Below are positions 22,410 to 34,350 of a stretch of DNA of 64,000 bases, piece by piece; within the stretch, counting starts at the first letter, position 1, and each line of letters begins with the position of its first letter. Both the position numbers and the translations under genes were made by a program. Origin of the DNA: Narcine bancroftii (lineage: Eukaryota); NCBI RefSeq assembly GCF_036971445.1, contig NC_091470.1, forward strand, positions 190,402,001 to 190,466,000, written 5' to 3'. Under the pieces are notes generated by a model. That model worked only from the letters and a program-made list of their open reading frames with translations, searched no databases and was not told the DNA's origin.

Positions 22410-24807
22410 AGTCACGCGATGGAGTAGTGGCCGGACGGTGAACTCCAGCCCTCTCCAGAAAAGTCGGGAAAAACAAGAGAAAACACAAAGGCACAGAAAT
22501 AAAAGTTACAGAAAAGTGAGTATAAAGGTGGAAAGAAGATGGCGACAAAAAAAGAAAAGTCGAAAGCAACGGTAAGAAGAGAGGAAGAGAAGACAAAGGA
22601 GGAAAAAGGTGAAGGCCTTACCTGTCCGAAGAGGCCCGCTGCGGAGAGAGAAACCCGCTCCCTCAGGTCGGTAAATAATGGACTACAAAAATGGCTCGCA
22701 GAGCCGAGTAAAAGTGCGCAACCGCGCATGCGCCATGCGAATGAAAAAAAACACACCGACGGGAGGGGGGACCAGCTGGGGAGTCGATCTCCACAGCCGG
22801 CAACGACAGCTGCAGAACACCTGCAGCAAGAAGAGACCACAGAAGACAATAGAAACAAGAAAGAAGAGGAGGAAAGGGCACCAAAGAAACAACAGATGGC
22901 CAACCCAGAGGAAGAAGAAGAGGAAGAGTATGGTGAAATAGAAGAAGAAAAGAAAGGCAAGGTAAAGGATATACTTGCTCTTATTAAAGGATACATGGAG
23001 TCATTTAAAGAATGGCAAACACAGGAATTTAAGGATTTAAGAAAAAGAATAAACAACACAGAAGAGAAAATAAATAAAATGGAGATGACCTTAACAGAAA
23101 TGGGAAAGAAAATGGACAAGATGGAAGAGCGGGCAGTAGCAGCAGAAATGGAGGTAGAAGACTTAAAAAAGAAATTGGAGAAATCTAATAAAAAAACTAA
23201 AGAGACACAAGAACTACTAGCTCAAAAAATAGATACAATGGAAAACCATAACAGAAGAAATAACATAAAGATAGTGGGCCTTAAGGAAGATGAAGAAGGC
23301 AAGAATATGAGGGAGTTTATAAAAGAGTGGATTCCTAAGACCCTAGGATGTCCAGAACTACAGCAAGAATTGGAAATAGAAAGGGCACATAGAGTATTGG
23401 CCTCTAAACCACAACCACAACAAAAACCAAGATCTATTGTAGTAAAATTCCTAAGATATACTACAAGAGAAAAGGTACTGGAGAAGACAATGGAAAAAGT
23501 AAGAGAGGGCAACAAACCACTGGAGTATAAAGGGCAAAAAATCTTCATTTATCCAGATATAAGTTTTGAACTCCTAAAGAAGAGAAAAGAGTTCAATACA
23601 GCAAAGGCGATTTTATGGAAGAAAGGGTATAAATTTATACTAAAGCATCCAGCGGTATTGAAAATATTTATTCCAGGACAACAAAACAGACTATTCTCGG
23701 ATCCAGAAGAAGCACGAAAATTTGCAGAACAATTACAAAAATAGACTGAGGGAGGAAGACGGGTAATGAGAGTTAAAATGATCACAATTGATATGTATGT
23801 GGGTAAAGACAAAAATAGACTGAGGGATGAAGACGGGTAATGAGAGTAAAAATGATCACGATTGATATGTATGCGGGTAAAGAGGTATAAGAGTGAATAG
23901 AGACAAGGAGCATACATGAATGTATCTGTACTTAGAGGAAAATATAGATAGTATAGACAAGAATTAATAAGGGAATGTAATGGAATAGAGAGAATAAGGA
24001 GGGAATTAAAAGAGTGACCTTTGTGACATATGAAAAGTGAAATCTTTTCTGGGGGAGGCGGGGTGGGGGGAAATAGCGGTCACTGCAAAATCAGTTGACG
24101 CTTGCGAGTGGATTCGCAAATCCAAATGGAGAGGGGAGATGTGGTTGTCCGACAAGGGATAAAGGACAACTCAGGAGGTGAAGGGGAGATTGGGGATAAA
24201 TAAGATAGAAATAGGAGAATAAGGAAAATGTTGGATGTTGTAGGAATGTTGTCTTATAAAGAGTTGAAAATAAGAAAACAGAAATGGAAAAGGAGGAAAG
24301 GTAATGATGGAAAAACGGAAAGAGAAGATAAACAAAATATAAAAGGGCTACGCTGAACTATATGTCTTTAAATATTAATGGAATACATAACCAAATTAAA
24401 AGGAATAAACTACCAAATTTAAATGAATAAATGTATTCCATTAGAAAAAATAACATATTTGTTAAGAAATAATATTGAAATATTCGAACAAGTATAGGAG
24501 CCTTACATTAAATACAATAGCGAAAACCTACCGGGGACAAACATTACCTAAGTTGATGGAAGGAGAAGGAAAGAAAAGAATGGACTCAGTAGAATTTCTG
24601 GTGTAATTTTGTTGAATGACAACATTGTCTGACTGGCTTAATGCAACCTAGATTGTATACCTAAAATGGATGAGGGGGGGGTGGGGGGGTGGTTTGGGAG
24701 GAAAGGGGGGGGGGGAGAAAAAGTCACTGTATATGTGTGAAAAAGAAATTGTGTATATCATGGCTAATGTGATTTATGGTGTGAAAAATAAAAAAATTTT
24801 AAAAAAA
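22410..24807 (+). mobile_element. ORF1-only non-autonomous L1/Tx1-derived retroposon (HAL1-like)
   Basis: 18-bp TSD AAGAACCTTCCTGAGTGG at 22392-22409 and 24808-24825; AATAAA at 24787 plus an A tail; intact ORF1; only the two ends of ORF2 remain. Confidence 0.9.
22539..23744 (+). CDS. L1-type ORF1p (coiled coil + RRM + CTD), 401 aa, intact
   Basis: Heptad region followed by ENHNRRNNIKIVGLKE, LEIERAHR, PRSIVVKF, IFIYPDIS, and HPAVLKIF...FSDPEEA motifs. Confidence 0.93.
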   Translation: MATKKEKSKATVRREEEKTKEEKGEGLTCPKRPAAERETRSLRSVNNGLQKWLAEPSKSAQPRMRHANEKKHTDGRGDQLGSRSPQPATTAAEHLQQEETTEDNRNKKEEEERAPKKQQMANPEEEEEEEYGEIEEEKKGKVKDILALIKGYMESFKEWQTQEFKDLRKRINNTEEKINKMEMTLTEMGKKMDKMEERAVAAEMEVEDLKKKLEKSNKKTKETQELLAQKIDTMENHNRRNNIKIVGLKEDEEGKNMREFIKEWIPKTLGCPELQQELEIERAHRVLASKPQPQQKPRSIVVKFLRYTTREKVLEKTMEKVREGNKPLEYKGQKIFIYPDISFELLKKRKEFNTAKAILWKKGYKFILKHPAVLKIFIPGQQNRLFSDPEEARKFAEQLQK

Positions 24808-24861
24808 AAGAACCTTCCTGAGTGGTAACCATTTACCTTTCGAGCACCAAAGCCTGGTGAA

Positions 24862-25294
24862 CTTTACTAGTCCATGTAGATAACATCCACAGCCTTTCCT
24901 TCATCTATTTTCTTAGTAACATCCTCAAAAAATAAGATTAGTTAAACACGACCTACCATGCACAAAGTAATATTGACAGTCCTTCATCAGCCCATGGCTG
25001 TCCAAATAACTATATATCCTATCTCTCAGAACTCCTTCCAATAATTTACCTACCATTGACGTCAGACTCACCAGCCAAAATTTACCTGGTTTATTTTTGG
25101 AGCCCTTTTCAAACAGCGGTACAACAATCCTCCGGTAACTCACCCGTGGTTAAGGGCATTTTGAATATATCTGCCAGGGCCCCTGCAATTTCTACACTAG
25201 TCCCCCTTAAGGTCCGAGGGAACATCATATCCAATCCGGGGTATTTATTTACCTTTGACAAGGTCCCACAGGGGCAGTTAGTTCAGAAGGTTAA
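24862..25294. repeat. copy of CR1 segment ~26078-26499; 24862-25255 inverted, 25252-25294 direct
   Basis: Near-identical reverse complement; ORFs 24925-25143(-) and 26100-26393(+) share PLFEKGSKNKPGKFWLVSLTSMVGKLLEG. Confidence 0.93.
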
Positions 25295-26029
25295 ATTCTG
25301 TGGCACAGTATAAGAATTGCCTGCAACCAGCACACTTGGAGGAATGAGAAGTGATATTGGACTGTAAAATAAAGAACTTTAATGAACTTACGCACACATT
25401 ACACACACATGCGCTTAGAATTAGAAGGGGGCTAAGTGAGGTAAAGTAAGTTAATAATGATAAGTTAAAGTTTGATTCTATTTCATGTTTAAAGATAATG
25501 ATAAGCAACTTTTGTTTAAGTAACCATTTGTCTTGGTGAATATCTATTGCTGCTGGGTTATGGGTCCTCTGGGCTCGTAACAGTTGGGTGTATTTAAGAC
25601 AAAAACGGGCAGGTATTTGATTAGTTAGGGCAAGGGTTACAGGGAGAAGGGGAGGGAGGGGAACTGAGAGATAAAGACCAGCTAATGATTAAATGGCTGA
25701 GCAGGACCTTATGGGCCGATTGGCCTACTTCTGCTCTTGTGATTGTGAAAACATGGGCTTACCCCTATTGCCCCATCTAAGTCCTTCCCATGCACTCGTT
25801 TCTCTAGAAAACATGCACCTCCCCCTGCCCCATCTCAGCCGTTCCCATGTTCCCCTTAGTCTAGGAAACGTGCACTCCCCACTACTGCTTAAAACTCAGC
25901 CACTCCCATGTCCCCCTTCCTGTGGGAAATGTGCACCCCCTCTACTGTCTCCAACTCAGCCCTTAGCAGTATTAATTCTGGAAACTGACCGCGCATAAGG
26001 AAGGAAGGGAAATAGCAGAAGTGTCATGG

Positions 26030-27605
26030 AGCATAGGAGATTAAGGAGGAGGAGATGCTTGCTGCCTTACAGTGAATAAAGGTAAATAAATACCCCGGAT
26101 TGGATATGATGTTCCCTCGGACCTTAAGGGGGACTAGTGTAGAAATTGCAGGGGCCCTGGCAGATATATCCAAAATGCCCTTAGCCACGGGTGAGGTACC
26201 GCTGTTTGAAAAGGGCTCCAAAAATAAACCAGGTAAATTTTGGCTGGTGAGTCTGACGTCAATGGTAGGTAAATTATTGGAAGGAGTTCTGAGAGATAGG
26301 ATATATAGTTATTTGGACAGCCATGGGCTGATGAAGGACTGTCAATATGACTTTGTGCATGGTAGGTCATGTTTAACTAATCTTATTTTTTGAGTATGTT
26401 ACTAAGAAAATAGATGAAGGAAAGGCTGTGGATGTTATCTACATGGACTAGTAAAGCCTTTGACAAGGTCCCACAGGGGCAGTTAGTTCAGAAGGTTAAG
26501 ACACTAGATATCCAAAGAGAGGTTGTAAACTGGATTTGAAATGGGGAGTGTGGGAGAACACAGAGAGTGGTAGTGGATGGTTGCTCTCATCTGGAGGCCT
26601 GGGATTAGTGTCCCCCAGGGATCAGTGCTGGGATTGTTGTTGTCTATATCAATGATCTGGATGATAATGTGGTGAATTGGATCAGGACGTTTGCTGATGA
26701 CACAAAGACAGGTGGCGTTGTTGACAGCGAGGAAGATTTTCAAAGCTTACAGAGGGATCTGGACCAACTGGGAGAATGGGCCAGAAAGTGGCAGATGGAG
26801 TTTAATGCAGACAAGTATGAGGTGTTGCATTTTGAAAGGACAAACCAAGGTAGGACAGAGACCGTAAATGATAGGGCCCTGAGGAGAGCAGAGTAACAAA
26901 TGGATCTGAGAATACGGAATCATTGTTCTCTGTAGGTGGCGTTGCAGGTGGATAGGGTTGTAAAGAAAGCTTTTGGCATCTAAGCCTTTATAAATCAAAG
27001 TTTTGAGTATAGGAGTTGGGATGTTATGTTGAAGTTGCTTAAGACATTGGTGAGGCCAAATTTGGAATATTGTGTGCAGTTTTGGTTGCCAAACTACAGG
27101 AAGGATATCAATAAGATTGAAAGAGGGCAGAGAAGCTTTACTAGAATGTTGCCGGGTCTTTAAGAGTTGAGTTACAGGGAAAAATTAAAAAGGTTAGGAC
27201 TTTATTCCTTGCAGTGAAGAAAAATGAGAGGAGATTTGATAGAAGTTTGTTTACAAGATTATGAGAGGTAGAGACAGTGGATGTGAGTTGACTGTTTCCA
27301 CTTAGATTGGGGGAGATAAACATGACACAATGTAGTTTTAAGATGAAAGGGGAAAGGTTTAGAGGGAACATTAGGGGAAACGTTCTTCACTCAGAGAGTG
27401 GTGAGAGTGTGGAATGAGTTGCCATCTGATCTGATGAATGGAGGCTCGATCTTGAGTTTTAAGAATAAATTGGATAGATACATGATTGGGAGAGGTCTGG
27501 AGGGTTATAGAATGGGAGCAGGTCAATAGGACTAGTAAATATAATGGTCAGCACAGACTAGAAGGATCGAATGGCCTGTTTTCTGTGCTGTAGCATTCTA
27601 TGGTT
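26030..27605 (+). mobile_element. CR1 LINE ORF2 3' portion with 3' tail
   Basis: KAFDKVPH, PQGSVLG, FADDTK, LQRDLDQL motifs; ends in TTCTATGG. Confidence 0.92.
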
Positions 27606-29314
27606 TGGTTGTTCCCCTTTCCTCTGGGAAATGTGCTCCCATTCCATCGCCCCAAACTTAGCCCTTCCCATCTTCCTTCCTCTAGGAAACGTCCACACCC
27701 CCTCTACTTCCCCCTACTCAGTCCTTCCCCTGACTCCCTACCCCAAGGAAACGTGCACCCCCTCTACTGCCTGAAACTCAGCCCTTCCCATCTCCCTTCC
27801 TCTAGGAAACATCCACACCACCTCCACTGCCCCCTACTCAGCCCTTCCCCTGTCTCCCTTCCCTGAGGAAACGTGCACCTCCTCTACTGCCCCAAACTCA
27901 GCCCTTCCCATCTCCTTTCCCCAAGGAAACGTCCACCTCCACAACTCAATCCTTACCAGGTTGTTCTCCTTCAAAAATTGCTGCTTTACCCCAAGTGTCG
28001 TCCTCTTAGCCCTTCACATATCCTCCTTCCTCTAGGAAATGTGACCTCCCACCACTGCCATCAACTCAATCCTTCTCATGTCCCCCAGGTGGTCTCCCCT
28101 CCACTGCTGTCAATTCAACCCTTGCCATGTCCCTGTCTTCTAGTAATCGTGGCCTCGCCACTTCTGCCATCAATTCCATCTTTACTAAGGTTCAAGAGTC
28201 AAAATTCCTTTTATTGTCTCGTAATAATACATTAAAAAATGTAACATACATGATATATTAAAACCTTTTGCCTCCCGTAAAGAATCACCATTAGTATTAC
28301 TCAGCACCCCTCACAGTACAAGAGATAGAGAAGCAAAGCAGAGTCCCTTCAGAGACACCGAGTGTCCGTGGATTCGTCTCCAGCGTTCCTGCAGCCTCTG
28401 TAGCCACTCAGACTCCTGCTTGATTCATCGGCATCCTGAGCTCCAGATCCAAACCTCCAATGTGATCCTGCTCCTCCCCCTGCCCCACCATATTGTTTGG
28501 GCGCCTGCCTCTATTGTGATCGTACCTTGATGAAGGGTTCAGGCCTGAAGCACTGGTTATGTATCTTTTTTTGCTATCTGGTGCAGGCTGTGTGACCTGC
28601 TGAGTTTCTCCAGCATTGTGTTTCTACAGTCCCTGTGGAGGCCTGTTCCTACCTCCGCCTGCAGGGAGAGAAGATGGGCATTGCTTTGAAACTCCTGTGA
28701 GGGGGAATAACTGTCGATAGGAGGGTACCACGTGTGGCTGGTAGCTTGTGCTTAAATGGGTCAGGTGCAAGGATAACAGTAAATGAAAATAGTCTACGAT
28801 TCCAAATGGTCTATGCTATTTCATTGAAATTCAAGGTTCCTTTTATTGTCATGTAATAATTCAAATAAATATAATAAATGTGATGTAATTTGACTTCTCT
28901 CTGCTGTAAGGCAAACAGAGTCACCATGAGCATTGCCCGGTGCCCCAACAATAAGAGAGTCCTTTCGGAGACACTGAGTGTCCCTGGATTTGCCGCCAGC
29001 ACTCCTGCAGCCACACAGTCTCCAGTTCAGTTCCAGGTCCAAACTGACAAGATCAGGAAGCCTTCAGTGCTCGAGGCCCCCCCAGGAGCCCTCAGTGCTC
29101 TCTTAAATCCCGGTTCCAATACCTGATTACCATGAGCCAGTCTCCAACAGCCCGTGGTCCATGCGGGTCCCCTGACTGCAAGTTGCCAGTGGGCCACAGC
29201 CTGTGTGGGTGGGTCCTTTAGCCGCCGAGCCCCTCGCTGGTCTGCTGCTGTCACATTGCACCGCAAGACGTGACATTGTGTTCCAAATTCTGGAATATTA
29301 GATGAAAAAAACTG

Positions 29315-29540
29315 GCAGGGTCCATGCAGTGGTTAGTGCAGTGCTATTACCGCGCTGGCAACCTGGGTTCAAATCCATCGCTGTCTGTAAGGAGTTTGCA
29401 CGACTTTACCATGACCTGCATGGGTTTCCTCCAGGTGCTTTGGTTTCCTCCCACGTTCCGAAGACGAATGGGGTAGCAGGTTATTTGGTTACAATGGGTG
29501 GATTAGGGCCACACATGCTCGTGGCCCAGAAGGGCCTGAA
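29315..29540 (+). mobile_element. V-domain (HE1-like) SINE
   Basis: tRNA-like head (GTGGTTAGTGCA...CTGGGTTCAAATCC) followed by the GTCTGTAAGGAGTTTGCA...GGTTTCCTCCCAC core. Confidence 0.8.
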
Positions 29541-30619
29541 CACCGTCATGTACCTTTAAATTAAAAAAAATGAAATTAAATCTGAAATGAAAAAAAATGC
29601 TGGAAGCATCGAACAGGTTGGACAGCTGCCTTGGAGAGAGAAACCTTTCAGTTGAAGGACTCTCTCTCTTTCCAGACTTGACTTTGGCTATATCAAAGTC
29701 CATTGTAAGAGTGCACACTCAACCTCACAAGCCTGAGATTCTGTTTCCTGTGGGTCAGGCAGAATTTCTAATTACCGGTAGCTGCAAATTGCACTGAAGA
29801 AGAAAGAAATGTAAACCAACTGCAAATATAGAAACACAAATATTCAGTTAAAAAATAATGAGCAAAGTCCTTGAGTCTCTGAATGAGTTGTTTGTCTTAG
29901 CGTCTGTAGGTGGAGGGGTAGCACCTGAACCTTCAGGTGTGAGTCCTGTGTTACCTGCTTCTTGACAGTAAGAACAGAGCATGTCCTGGGTGATGCGGAT
30001 CCTTGGGTTTCTCCCTCATTTTGTATCTCCAGTCCCTGGGGAGCCTGATTCTGTCTGACAGCAAAGTGTTTGCAGGCATATTTCATGCATAGTGTACGGA
30101 AATTAAATGATTTTTATAATCTCGACTTTTGACTGGTAACGACTCTCTTAATTACCCTAGGTGTTGCTAGCTCCTGAGACATCCTCGTGAATGCCTGATC
30201 AGAACAGATTCAACTGCAAAATAGATATCTGCTCGTCGCTGATGCTGTCGTAAGGTAACCTGAATTCTAGTATTTCCTGAGTAGCTTGAAAGAAAGTAGG
30301 AATGTCAAAAATCCCAGATGAAAAGCCCAAATTTCAGGAAATGGTCAGTGCGTGAGACACGATCATGAGATTAATGGACTCTCTCGTTCTGATTGAGCCA
30401 AGTTCAGTTTTATTGTCAGAGCCCATTCTTGTACATGGTAACACATACAACCCTGAGATTCTTTTTCCCGCACCAGACAGAACTTCTACTTATCAGCAGT
30501 GTAAAAATAAATTCCACTTAATATACGTAAACAAAAGAGAGGCAGGTAAAGAAGAAGGAAATACAGACAAACTGTGCAATGTACAAAATACATATTCAAT
30601 AATAAATAACGTGTAAAGT

Positions 30620-31470
30620 ACAAGTCCTTGTCTGAGTCCCTGATTGAGCGTGTTGTTGAGGAGTCTGAAGGTGGAGGGGGAGCAGCTGTTCCTGAACCTG
30701 CTGGGGTGAGTCTTGTGGCACCTACACCTCTTTTCTGATGGCAGCAGCGAGAACATAATTCTCTGAACGTGGCATCACAGGTGGATAGGGTTGTAAAGAG
30801 AGCTTTTGGCATATTGGCCTTCAGAAATCTAGGAGTTGGGATATTATGGAAAAGTTGTGTAAGACCTTGGTGAGACCAAATTTTGGAGTATTGTGTGCAG
30901 TTTTGGTCACCTAATTACAGGAAAAAGAGCAGAGAAGATTTACTAGGATGTAGGCTGGACTTCAGGAACTGAGTAAAGGGAAATGTTAAACAGGTTAGGA
31001 CTGTTACTGGAGTGTAGAAGAATGAGGGGTGATTTGAGAGAGTATTTAAAATTATGAGGGGTAAATGTAGATAGACTTTTTCCACTGAGGGTAGGTACGA
31101 TACAAGCCAGGGGGCATGGGTTAAGGGTTTAGGGGGAACATGAGAGTGAACTTCTTCACACAGAGAGTGGTGGGAGTGTAGTTAGCTAAGGAGATGAATG
31201 CATGCTCAATTTTATCATTTGGAGTTTGGACAGATACATGGATGGGAGAGGTACGGAGGGCAATGGACTGGGTGCAGTTTAGTGGGACTAGGCAAAGAAA
31301 ATGGTTGGGCACAGACTTAGAAGGGTCAAAGGGGCCTATTTCTGTGCTGTAATATTCTATGGGGCTAACAGAGGGTGTGATGGGTGGTGTGGACACTGGA
31401 TGATTGCTGCTACTCCCTAACGGCAGCATTCCCGCAGATGTTCTTGGCGGTGAGTAGGGTTTTGTCTGTG
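30620..31470 (-). mobile_element. Rex1/Babar fragment (-) split by a CR1 3' fragment (+, ~30755-31362)
   Basis: FSLLPSEKR...SRFRNSCSPSTFRLLN lies on the minus strand and resumes after the CR1 TTCTATGG end. Confidence 0.75.
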
Positions 31471-32562
31471 TGGAAGAAAATTTGATTTAATTGCTGACAC
31501 ACAGCAGTCAGCAAGGATCAGGATGAGGGAGCTTGAGATGGCGGCGGGCTGTGGAGATTCATTGGGATTGAGAGTCCCCAGATGTGTAATTGTTTTAACG
31601 TGATGAGGCACTACATCCCCCTGCCTGTCACGTGCCGTGTTCCCTGCATGCATTGGGCGACTCCCTGCCTGCCACAGGCTAGCTCCCTGTTTGCCCCACG
31701 CTTTTGTTCCGCCCCCCACCCCCCCACACACCTGCCACATCGCAGGACCCTCCGCACCATCCACGCTGTAATTTCTGTACCTAATGCCTTTTTTACCTGT
31801 CCTGCTTAATTATATATTTGGCGAAAGATGGGATGGTAGGAGTGGCACACTAAATTGAGAAAAGAGAAACAAAATAAGGCACAGGAATGTGTTATCTGCC
31901 AGCAAAATAATCCTGGTGAAACAATTAAGTGCCCTCTGGGAAGGACATGAATGTCTACCCTTTGAGTGTATAGATTGATTTTATTTTTGGAATACAGCAC
32001 AATTAACCCAAAAAAATGTCAAGCTTTTCTGGACTTATGAATGCCTACCCTTTGAGTGTATATAGATTGATTTTATAGAATTATTTAGAGTATGTAGCTA
32101 TAAGAATTGTCTTATTATGGGATTTAAAGAATAAGTTGACTAAATTGTCAGCAGAAACTGGATGGAATTGGGTAAAAGTATTGCTGTTGGCTTGATTTAA
32201 AATGCGTCTAACCCCGCATGGTAGTACGGGGTAACACCAGCTGAGGTTACATAAGGGATACCACTCCAAATGCCTTGGGGAGTAAATCCTAAGACTTGCA
32301 TGTGTTAAGTGAAAAAATGGTCACCTATGTACTGCAACTAACCAAGGCACTGTCAGTCCGGCACTCACAGGTGAAAGAAACTCAGAGGTATTGTGAGGAG
32401 TGCAGTGACGGCAACCACCGACCTGGTGACTGCGTGCTGATTCGAACTTGGGATCGGAAGGAATTAGGACCATGCTGGGAAGGCCCTGTTCAAGTGTTGC
32501 TGACCACTCCTACGGCAGTAAAGGTTGAAGGACATGCAGTAGATACATGACTTGGACTGTAA

Positions 32563-32940
32563 ACTAGTGATTTTCAAACTGCCCCCCCCCCACCAATTCA
32601 CATTTCACTTTAAGCAATCCCTATGCCATAAGTGCTCCATGAGTAGTAAGGGATTGCTTAAGGTGGTACGTGAGTGGGAAGGGAAGGTTGAGAATCACTG
32701 CTCTCTGAAATATTTTGCTTGAGAAAAATTGCCATTGGCCCATTTCCTTTGGAGTTAAGAAAACGTGGACATAATGAGTCAGTTAGATATGATTAAAACA
32801 GTGGTTTTCAAACCTTTTTCTTTCCACTCACATACCACCTTCAGCAATCCCTTACTAATCACAGAGCACCGATGACATAGGGATTACTGAAGGTGGATGT
32901 GAGTTTGGGGGTGGGGGGGGAGATGTTTGAAAACCATTTC
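32563..32940. mobile_element. hAT-like MITE with internally repeated TIR module
   Basis: TAGTGATTTTCAAAC at the left end, internal CAGTGGTTTTCAAAC and GGTTGAGAATCACTG, and GTTTGAAAACCA at the right end. Confidence 0.55.
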
Positions 32941-33375
32941 TGTAAGTGAATTGGAATAAAGATTCTAACTAAGAAAGCTTTATGAAGACTGCCACTTACT
33001 CTTGTTTATCTCTTTTTGTTATACAGCATGGTAACATGCCATTTCGGCCCACGAGTCCGTGCCGCCCAATTTACACCCCATTAACCTACAGCCCCAGAAC
33101 ATATTTGAACAGTGCGAGGAAACAGGAGCCCCTAGTGGAAACCCATGCGGACTTTGGGAGAACATACAAACTCCTTACAGATGTTGCAGGATTCGAACCC
33201 TGGTCCGGTCTTGATCCTTGGTGCTGTAAAAATAGTTAAGCCTAACCATCAAAATACCAATGTCCTACCAGAACCACTAACCCCCCCCATGATGACAAAA
33301 GTGATGAAGGGGAGAGAAATACTTTTTTATCATTATGCCAAGAGAGTAAGTAAGGACCATTGTTGGGTGTGTACC

Positions 33376-34350
33376 ATTCAGAGCCAGCTCTTCAGCGCTT
33401 GATATCCTGTTTTGCGGAAACTGCCAAAATGTTTGGCCTGGAAGTCAGCCAGAAGAAAACTGAGGTCCTCCATCAGTCAACTCTCCACCATGACTACCAG
33501 CACCCCCCCCCCCCCCCCAACATCTCCATCGGGCACACAAAACTCAAAATGGTCAACCAGTTTACCTATCTCGGCTGCACCATTTCATCGGATGCAAGGA
33601 TCGACAACGAGATAGACAACAGACTTGCCAAGGCAAATAGCGCCTTTGGAAGACTACACAAAAGAGTCTGGAAAAACAACCAACTGAAAAACCTCACAAA
33701 GATTAGCATATACAGAGCCGTTGTCATACCCACGCTCCTGTTCGGCTCCGAATCATGGGTCCTCTACTGGCATCACCTACGGCTCCTAGAACGCTTCCAC
33801 CAGCGTTGTCTCAGCTCCATCCTCAACATTAATTGGAGCGACTTAATCTCCAACATCGAAGTACTCGAGATGGCAGAGGCCGACAGCATCGAATCCACGC
33901 TGCTGAAGATCAAACTGTGCTGGGTAGGTCACGTCTCCAGAATGGAGGACCATCGCCTTCCCAAGATCGTGTTATATGGCGAGCTCTCCACTGGCCACCG
34001 AGACAGAGGTGCACCAAAGAAGAGGTACAAGGACTGCCTAAAGAAAGCTCTTGGTGCCTGCCACATTGACCACCGCCAGTGGGCTGATATCGCCTCAAAC
34101 CGTGCATCTTGGCGCCTCACAGTTCGGCGGGCAGCAACCTCCTTTGAAGAAGACCGCAGAGCCCACCTCACTGACAAAAGACAAAGGAGGAAAAACCCAA
34201 CACCCAACCCCAACCAACCAATTTTCCCTTGCAACCGCTGCAACCGTGTCTGCCTGTCCCGCATCGGACTTGTCATCCACAAACGAGCCTGCAGCTGACG
34301 TGGACATTACCCCTCCATAAATTTTCATCCGCGAAGCCAAGCCAAAGAAG
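33376..34350 (+). mobile_element. RTE (BovB-like) LINE, 5'-truncated, open ~305-codon RT C-terminus
   Basis: HSEPALQRL...FTYLGCTISSDA.ID.EID.RLAKANSAFGRL...LLFGSESW...; no stops until 34298. Confidence 0.93.

Larger units (their letters stand above)
21803..25582 (+). mobile_element. solo LTR (Gypsy-like, 4-bp TSD GTTG) inserted in a CR1 tail and carrying two later insertions
   Basis: Termini TGTGAC...GTAACA, with GTTG at 21799-21802 and 25583-25586. CR1 sequence GGTCGTTG|GGTGTATTTAAG rejoins across it. A related LTR start occurs at ~18636-18964. Confidence 0.78.

Noticed and set aside
22412-23119. 235-aa antisense ORF (ORF0-like) in the L1 derivative
   Set aside because: It is an S/F-rich shadow of the A-rich ORF1 strand with no independent support.
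29315-29380. tRNA gene
   Set aside because: It is a degenerate tRNA-like head followed by a V-SINE core and does not form a full cloverleaf.
31380-31455. Candidate exon ending at GCG|GTGAGT upstream of the SWIM gene
   Set aside because: The sequence is the continuation of the minus-strand Rex1/Babar element.
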